Source: Thermodesulfobacteriota bacterium (GTDB lineage: Bacteria > Desulfobacterota_D > UBA1144). Taken from it: a stretch of 64,000 bases of DNA. Location: positions 64,001 to 128,000 of the forward strand of contig JAYYZJ010000012.1 in NCBI GenBank assembly GCA_036340075.1, in the 5' to 3' direction. Made by a program: the position numbers and the translations under genes. Positions 59,663-64,000 of the stretch are shown in pieces. How positions within the stretch are numbered: position 1 is the first letter of the stretch; each line of letters begins with the position of its first letter. The notes under the pieces are model-generated. The model did no database searches and was not told where the DNA came from. It saw only the letters and a program-made list of their open reading frames with translations.

Positions 59663-60652
59663 ATGCTTGATGAAATATATATCCAATCATTATTAAAAAA
59701 AAGATTCAATTCTAGATCAAATAGTTTTTTGAATGGTATAGGAGATGATGCCGCTGTATGCAATTTACCAAGTGGTAAAATAGTTGTTTCTTGTGACTCA
59801 CAAGTTGAAAATGTTCATTTCATTAAAAACAAATTTAAACCAGAAGAGATTTCTTTAAGAGCACTAGCAATTGCAGCTAGTGATATTTCTGCAATGGGTG
59901 GAAATCCAAAATTTTTTACAAACTCACTTTTTATTCCTAAAGGTACATCAAAAGAATTTATTAATAAAATTTTTACTGGGTTTAAAAAGGCATCAAAGAA
60001 ATTCAATATTTTATTAATTGGTGGCAATGTATCTCGGTCTAATTCTTTCAAAATAGATATAACTGTTATAGGCGAATTGAATTCGAAAAAAAAGTACAAA
60101 GAAAGAGAGAAATGTAAAAAAGGTGATTATTTATATGTATCTGGAAATATAGGTGACGCAGCGCTTGGCTTAAAGATTCTTAAAGAAAAGCCATATTATC
60201 GATTTACAAATACACAGAAAAAATTGGTCAAGAAATATAAACAACCAAATCCACGAATAGAGCTAGGACTTTTTTTAGGTAAGTTAGACTATATTACATC
60301 AATGATTGACATAACTGATGGTTTATCGATAGACTTAAAACGACTTATTGGTTCAAGAAATAAAAAAAAACTTGGCGCTGTTCTTTTTTGGGATGATATA
60401 CCAAAAGCTAAAGAAATAGAGAGACTAAAAAAAAGAAATGATTCTCTTGATTATGTCTTACATGGTGGAGATGATTATGAATTAATGTTTACAGTAGATA
60501 AAAGATTTTCACTTAAATTCGAAAGATTAGCTAAAGAAAAAAATTTTAAAGTTTCTAGGATTGGGGAAATTAATACAAGCAACAAGATAATTTTAAATAT
60601 AGGAGGACAAAATAAAGTTTTAAAACCAAAAGGTTTTATACATAAATTTTAA
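59663..60652 (+). CDS. thiL: Thiamine-monophosphate kinase
   Basis: GIGDDAA, VENVHF, SDISAMGG, IGGN, IDITDGL and GGDDYEL motifs. Confidence 0.95.
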   Translation: MLDEIYIQSLLKKRFNSRSNSFLNGIGDDAAVCNLPSGKIVVSCDSQVENVHFIKNKFKPEEISLRALAIAASDISAMGGNPKFFTNSLFIPKGTSKEFINKIFTGFKKASKKFNILLIGGNVSRSNSFKIDITVIGELNSKKKYKEREKCKKGDYLYVSGNIGDAALGLKILKEKPYYRFTNTQKKLVKKYKQPNPRIELGLFLGKLDYITSMIDITDGLSIDLKRLIGSRNKKKLGAVLFWDDIPKAKEIERLKKRNDSLDYVLHGGDDYELMFTVDKRFSLKFERLAKEKNFKVSRIGEINTSNKIILNIGGQNKVLKPKGFIHKF

Positions 60653-61966
60653 ATGAGCGAATATTATTTTTTTTTGATTTTAATGTTTGGTCTAATATTA
60701 TTATCAGGTTTTTTTTCAATTACTGAAAGTTCTATATTTTCACTCCAACGATATCAGGTAGATTTGATAAAAAAGAAATCTTCTGTAGGTAAAATCTTGG
60801 AGGAATTTCTTAACAGCCCGGCACCTATTATTGCAACAATTTTGCTTGCGGATGAAATTCTTAATGTAACTATCACGAGTCTTATAACATCAAAATTAAA
60901 CCAATTATTTGTAAACAAAATATCAGAAGAATTAATATCTATTGTCACTATTTTTATAGCTTCAATAATAATCCTTATTTTTTGTGAAATAATACCAAAA
61001 ACTATAGGGGTTAAATTTTCTAGGAAGATCTCAACTATTGTTGCTCCTCCAATTTACTTTCTCAACAAACTACTTTTTCCATTAACATGGTTTTTTGATG
61101 GATTATCTAGGTTCTTAATAAAATTGGTAGCTTCAAATGAGAGTACGAATCTTCAAAAACAGAATCAATCAATAAAGAACATTCCTAGCCTTATTGATAT
61201 AGGAGAAGATGAAGGGCTAGTAAAGAAAAGTGAAAGTAGAATAATAGACAACATTTTAAAATTGGAGACTATTAACCTAGTAAAAATATTGATTCCCGAA
61301 CCGGATTTATTTTTACTTCCAAGTACTACAACAAGAGAAGAAGCCTTAAAAAAGATTAAAGATAAAGGGTTTTCCAGAATACCAATATATGAAGGAGATT
61401 CAGACAATATAATAGGAATACTTTATTCAAAAGATCTTCTTAACCATGATTCTTCGGAAATTTTTTCTATCCTTAGAGAACCTTATTTTGTCTTAGACAA
61501 GAAGAATGTATTTGAGTTACTAAGAGAATTACAAAGAATGAAACTACATATGGCTATAGTCATAGATGAATATGGACGGCTAGAAGGGATAGTTACACTT
61601 GAAGATATAATTGAGGAGATTTTTGGAGAAATAGAAGACGAAAAGGATATTGAAGAGAATAAGACAAGTTTTCTTAACAAAGTTTTGTACTTTGATGGCG
61701 GAACTAGAATTGCTGAATTCAACGATGCTTTCTTATACGGAGTCCTTAGATTTGGGGGCATTAGTAATATATCAAGTGAAATAACTAAATCATATATATC
61801 TGACGATTTAGGGGTTGAAACAATGGGGGGGTATGTCTTTACTCAACTTGGAAGATTGCCAAAAAAAGGAGAATTTATTTTAAAAGGAAACATTAAGCTT
61901 ACGGTTCAAGAAGTTAAAGAAAACCGAATTACACTCATTTCAGCGGAGAGATTTGCTAATGATTAA
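60653..61966 (+). CDS. CNNM/CorB-like protein (DUF21 + CBS pair + CorC_HlyC)
   Basis: SGFFSITESSIFS, EIIPK, FSRIPIY, VIDEYG, VTLEDIIEE and ETMGG motifs. Confidence 0.92.
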   Translation: MSEYYFFLILMFGLILLSGFFSITESSIFSLQRYQVDLIKKKSSVGKILEEFLNSPAPIIATILLADEILNVTITSLITSKLNQLFVNKISEELISIVTIFIASIIILIFCEIIPKTIGVKFSRKISTIVAPPIYFLNKLLFPLTWFFDGLSRFLIKLVASNESTNLQKQNQSIKNIPSLIDIGEDEGLVKKSESRIIDNILKLETINLVKILIPEPDLFLLPSTTTREEALKKIKDKGFSRIPIYEGDSDNIIGILYSKDLLNHDSSEIFSILREPYFVLDKKNVFELLRELQRMKLHMAIVIDEYGRLEGIVTLEDIIEEIFGEIEDEKDIEENKTSFLNKVLYFDGGTRIAEFNDAFLYGVLRFGGISNISSEITKSYISDDLGVETMGGYVFTQLGRLPKKGEFILKGNIKLTVQEVKENRITLISAERFAND

Positions 61967-62936
61967 TTTAATTACTTTGCCAATAATTACTTTAGTCCTT
62001 TTATTCCTCCAAGCTATATTCGCAGGTTCTGAAATCTCACTTCTATCTTGCGATAAGGGAATAATAAGATCGAAAGCTGATCAAGGACTACCTTCAGCCC
62101 GATTAGTTATGAATTCTATAGATAAGATAGAAGAATATGTAGCAACGAGTCTGGTAGGAGAGAATCTATGTATTGTTATCAATACAGTCTTAGTTTCTTC
62201 TTTTATTGAAAAATCATACCCTCAATTCGATCCACATCTTTTGTCGGTTATTATCTTAACACCTTTAATAGTAATCTTTGGACAGGTTGTCCCTAAATCA
62301 ATTTTCCAGAATCAGAGCAATGTCCTTGTTTTGAAGACGATATATTTTTCATTAATTTTTAGTTATTTGTTTAAACCTTTATTGTTTATAGTTAAATTTC
62401 TTACAGATATGATTGTAAAAATAATTGGAACTAGGAGCAAGCTAATCACCAGAGAAGAATTAATACATGTGCTAGAAACAGGATCTAAGCAGGAGACTTC
62501 TTCTAAACAATTTAGAGACAAAATACTAAATAAAATCTTTTTGTTTGATAAAATTACTGTTGCCGAGATTATGATTCCTATGAAGAAAGTTAAATTTATA
62601 GAGCCATCTAAAAAAATAATAGATGCAAAAGAGATAATTAAAAGCACAGGATACTCAAGATTGCCAGTTTATGATTCAATTAATAATTCAATTAAAGGAG
62701 TATTGCATGCTTTTTATTTGTTGGACGAAAAAGAAAACAATCCTATATATGATTATATTGACAAGTGTTTTTTTGTAGATAAAGACTATCTAGTATCTAA
62801 ATTATTAGATGATTTGAAAGGAGCAAAGCTAAGCATGGCTATTGTTGGAGGGCCAGATAACCCTATGGGAATAGTAACAATAGAAGATATATTGGAGGAA
62901 GTGTTAGGAGAAATTGAGGATGAGCATGATTCATAG
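61953..62936 (+). CDS. CNNM/CorB-like protein (DUF21 + CBS pair, no C-terminal domain)
   Basis: FAGSEIS, GQVVPK, YSRLPVY and VTIEDILEEVLGEIEDEHD motifs. Confidence 0.9.
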   Translation: MLMINLITLPIITLVLLFLQAIFAGSEISLLSCDKGIIRSKADQGLPSARLVMNSIDKIEEYVATSLVGENLCIVINTVLVSSFIEKSYPQFDPHLLSVIILTPLIVIFGQVVPKSIFQNQSNVLVLKTIYFSLIFSYLFKPLLFIVKFLTDMIVKIIGTRSKLITREELIHVLETGSKQETSSKQFRDKILNKIFLFDKITVAEIMIPMKKVKFIEPSKKIIDAKEIIKSTGYSRLPVYDSINNSIKGVLHAFYLLDEKENNPIYDYIDKCFFVDKDYLVSKLLDDLKGAKLSMAIVGGPDNPMGIVTIEDILEEVLGEIEDEHDS

Positions 62937-62942
62937 GTCTAA

Positions 62943-62977
62943 TTGAATATTAATATTTTTTCGTTTAACATCAGAAT
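62943..62977 (+). promoter_or_regulatory. Putative sigma70 promoter giving a leaderless hisB transcript
   Basis: TTGAAT-17nt-TAACAT-6nt-ATG. Confidence 0.55.
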
Positions 62978-63565
62978 ATGAGCAGAAGTGCAAAAATAGA
63001 AAGAAAGACGAGTGAAGTAGACGTAGTAGTAAATCTTGATATAGACGGTACCGGCAAATATGATATTGATACCGGAGTACCTTTTTTTGACCATATGTTG
63101 GAACAGTTGTCTAAGCACGGATATTTTGATTTAAATATACGAGCAAAAGGTGATACAGAAATTGATTTTCACCATACAGTTGAAGATGTAGGGATTGCTA
63201 TAGGTCAAGCTTTTGATAAAGCACTTGGAGATAGAAAATCGATAACTCGATATGGATCTAGCACCGTACCTTTTGATGAGACACTCTCTAATTCCCATAT
63301 TGATTTAAGCGGAAGACCTTATTTTGTCTTTGATGTTAAGCTGGATAATTCAAAAGTAGGAGATTTTGATGTTGAATTAGCAAAAGAATTTTTTCAATCT
63401 CTAACGAATAACCTTAAAGCTAATATACATATCGAATTAAAATACGGAAGCAACAATCATCATATTATCGAATCAATCTTTAAATCGGTAGGCAAATCAC
63501 TTGATGTGGCAACCAGCTTAGATTTGAGATCAAATTCAGTACCTTCAACAAAAGGCAATCTTTAA
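62978..63565 (+). CDS. hisB: Imidazoleglycerol-phosphate dehydratase
   Basis: FFDHML, DFHHTVED, DLSGRP, NNHHIIE and PSTKG motifs. Confidence 0.98.
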   Translation: MSRSAKIERKTSEVDVVVNLDIDGTGKYDIDTGVPFFDHMLEQLSKHGYFDLNIRAKGDTEIDFHHTVEDVGIAIGQAFDKALGDRKSITRYGSSTVPFDETLSNSHIDLSGRPYFVFDVKLDNSKVGDFDVELAKEFFQSLTNNLKANIHIELKYGSNNHHIIESIFKSVGKSLDVATSLDLRSNSVPSTKGNL

Positions 63566-64000
63566 TGATAGCAATAATAGACTACGGATTTGGCAATCTG
63601 CAATCTGTAAAAAAGGCTTTATCCTTACTTAATTATGAATCGGTAATTACAAGTTCTCCCGAAGTAATTAATTCCGCAAACTCAATTATTTTTCCAGGCG
63701 TTGGAGCATTTGGAGACTGTATTGCAAACTTGCATGAGAAGAATTTGTTTGAAACGCTGAAAAATTGTATTAAGGGAGGAAAGCCCTTTTTGGGTATATG
63801 CTTAGGATTGCAAATTCTTTTTGAGGGAAGCGATGAGAGTCCTCAAGCTGAAGGGTTATCTATTTTTAAGGGGAATATAGATAGAATTAATTTTAATCAA
63901 AACAAATTAAAGGTTCCTCATATGGGCTGGAATCAAATTGAAATTACTAAGAATTCTAATATTTTTCAAGGAGTTGAAAATTTATCTTGGCTATATTTTG
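63565..64000 (+). CDS. hisH: Imidazole glycerol phosphate synthase glutaminase subunit (3' truncated by window edge)
   Basis: The ATG overlaps the hisB stop (TAATG). It encodes MIAIIDYGFGNLQSV, FPGVGAF, PFLGICLGLQ and KVPHMGWN. It is not in the ORF track because it runs off the window. Confidence 0.96.
   Translation, partial: MIAIIDYGFGNLQSVKKALSLLNYESVITSSPEVINSANSIIFPGVGAFGDCIANLHEKNLFETLKNCIKGGKPFLGICLGLQILFEGSDESPQAEGLSIFKGNIDRINFNQNKLKVPHMGWNQIEITKNSNIFQGVENLSWLYF

Noticed and set aside
1521..62647. Numerous 60-143 aa ORFs antisense to or nested in the called genes (e.g. 1521-1790, 18682-19035, 37233-37664, 49629-49976)
   Set aside because: They lie wholly opposite well-supported genes, have the Ser/Ile/Phe-rich composition expected of shadow frames, and show no motifs or SDs.
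60653..62936. 'Hemolysin' virulence genes
   Set aside because: The domain content is DUF21/CBS/CorC (Mg2+ homeostasis); the hemolysin label is a legacy annotation.
1..64000. CRISPR arrays, IS elements, prophage genes, rRNA
   Set aside because: No repeat-spacer arrays, transposase/integrase/structural phage ORFs or rRNA-like segments were seen; nearly all sequence is accounted for by the listed CDSs.

Overview
This is a very AT-rich, densely packed bacterial chromosome segment with about 70 genes. Intergenic gaps are tiny and many genes overlap. It is mostly core metabolism: purH, aroA-cmk-ispH, lipA, apgM, pgi, fabH, gap-pgk-fbaB/fbp, cysE, argC, queCE, thyX, cca, the F0 ATP synthase genes, hemL, ispE, tRNA-Gln, a sigma70 factor, gltX, coaE, thiL and hisBH. 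Specialised modules are a peptidoglycan-sugar salvage operon (murQ-anmK-nagZ-SSS transporter), a cobalamin riboswitch upstream of a BtuB-like receptor, an F420 biosynthesis cluster (cofD-cofE-cofG-cofH) with a distant LLM-family oxidoreductase, and propionyl-CoA carboxylase plus a split methylmalonyl-CoA mutase. The deltaproteobacterial-style hemL-atpZ-atpI-atpB-atpE order, low GC and streamlining suggest a marine Desulfobacterota-related lineage such as Ca. Dadabacteria; this is inference only. I saw no mobile elements, CRISPR arrays or rRNA. The most unusual stretch is 38.5-42.5 kb. It holds a QueC lacking all four Zn-binding cysteines, a full-length sirtuin homologue lacking its catalytic motifs and coupled to a virus-like thyX, and a degenerate truncated acyl-CoA-ligase-like ORF. 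Other oddities are a probable ATC start codon, many apparently leaderless genes, and the absence of rpsA/ihfB from their usual operon. All calls are from motif recognition by eye; no searches were run.
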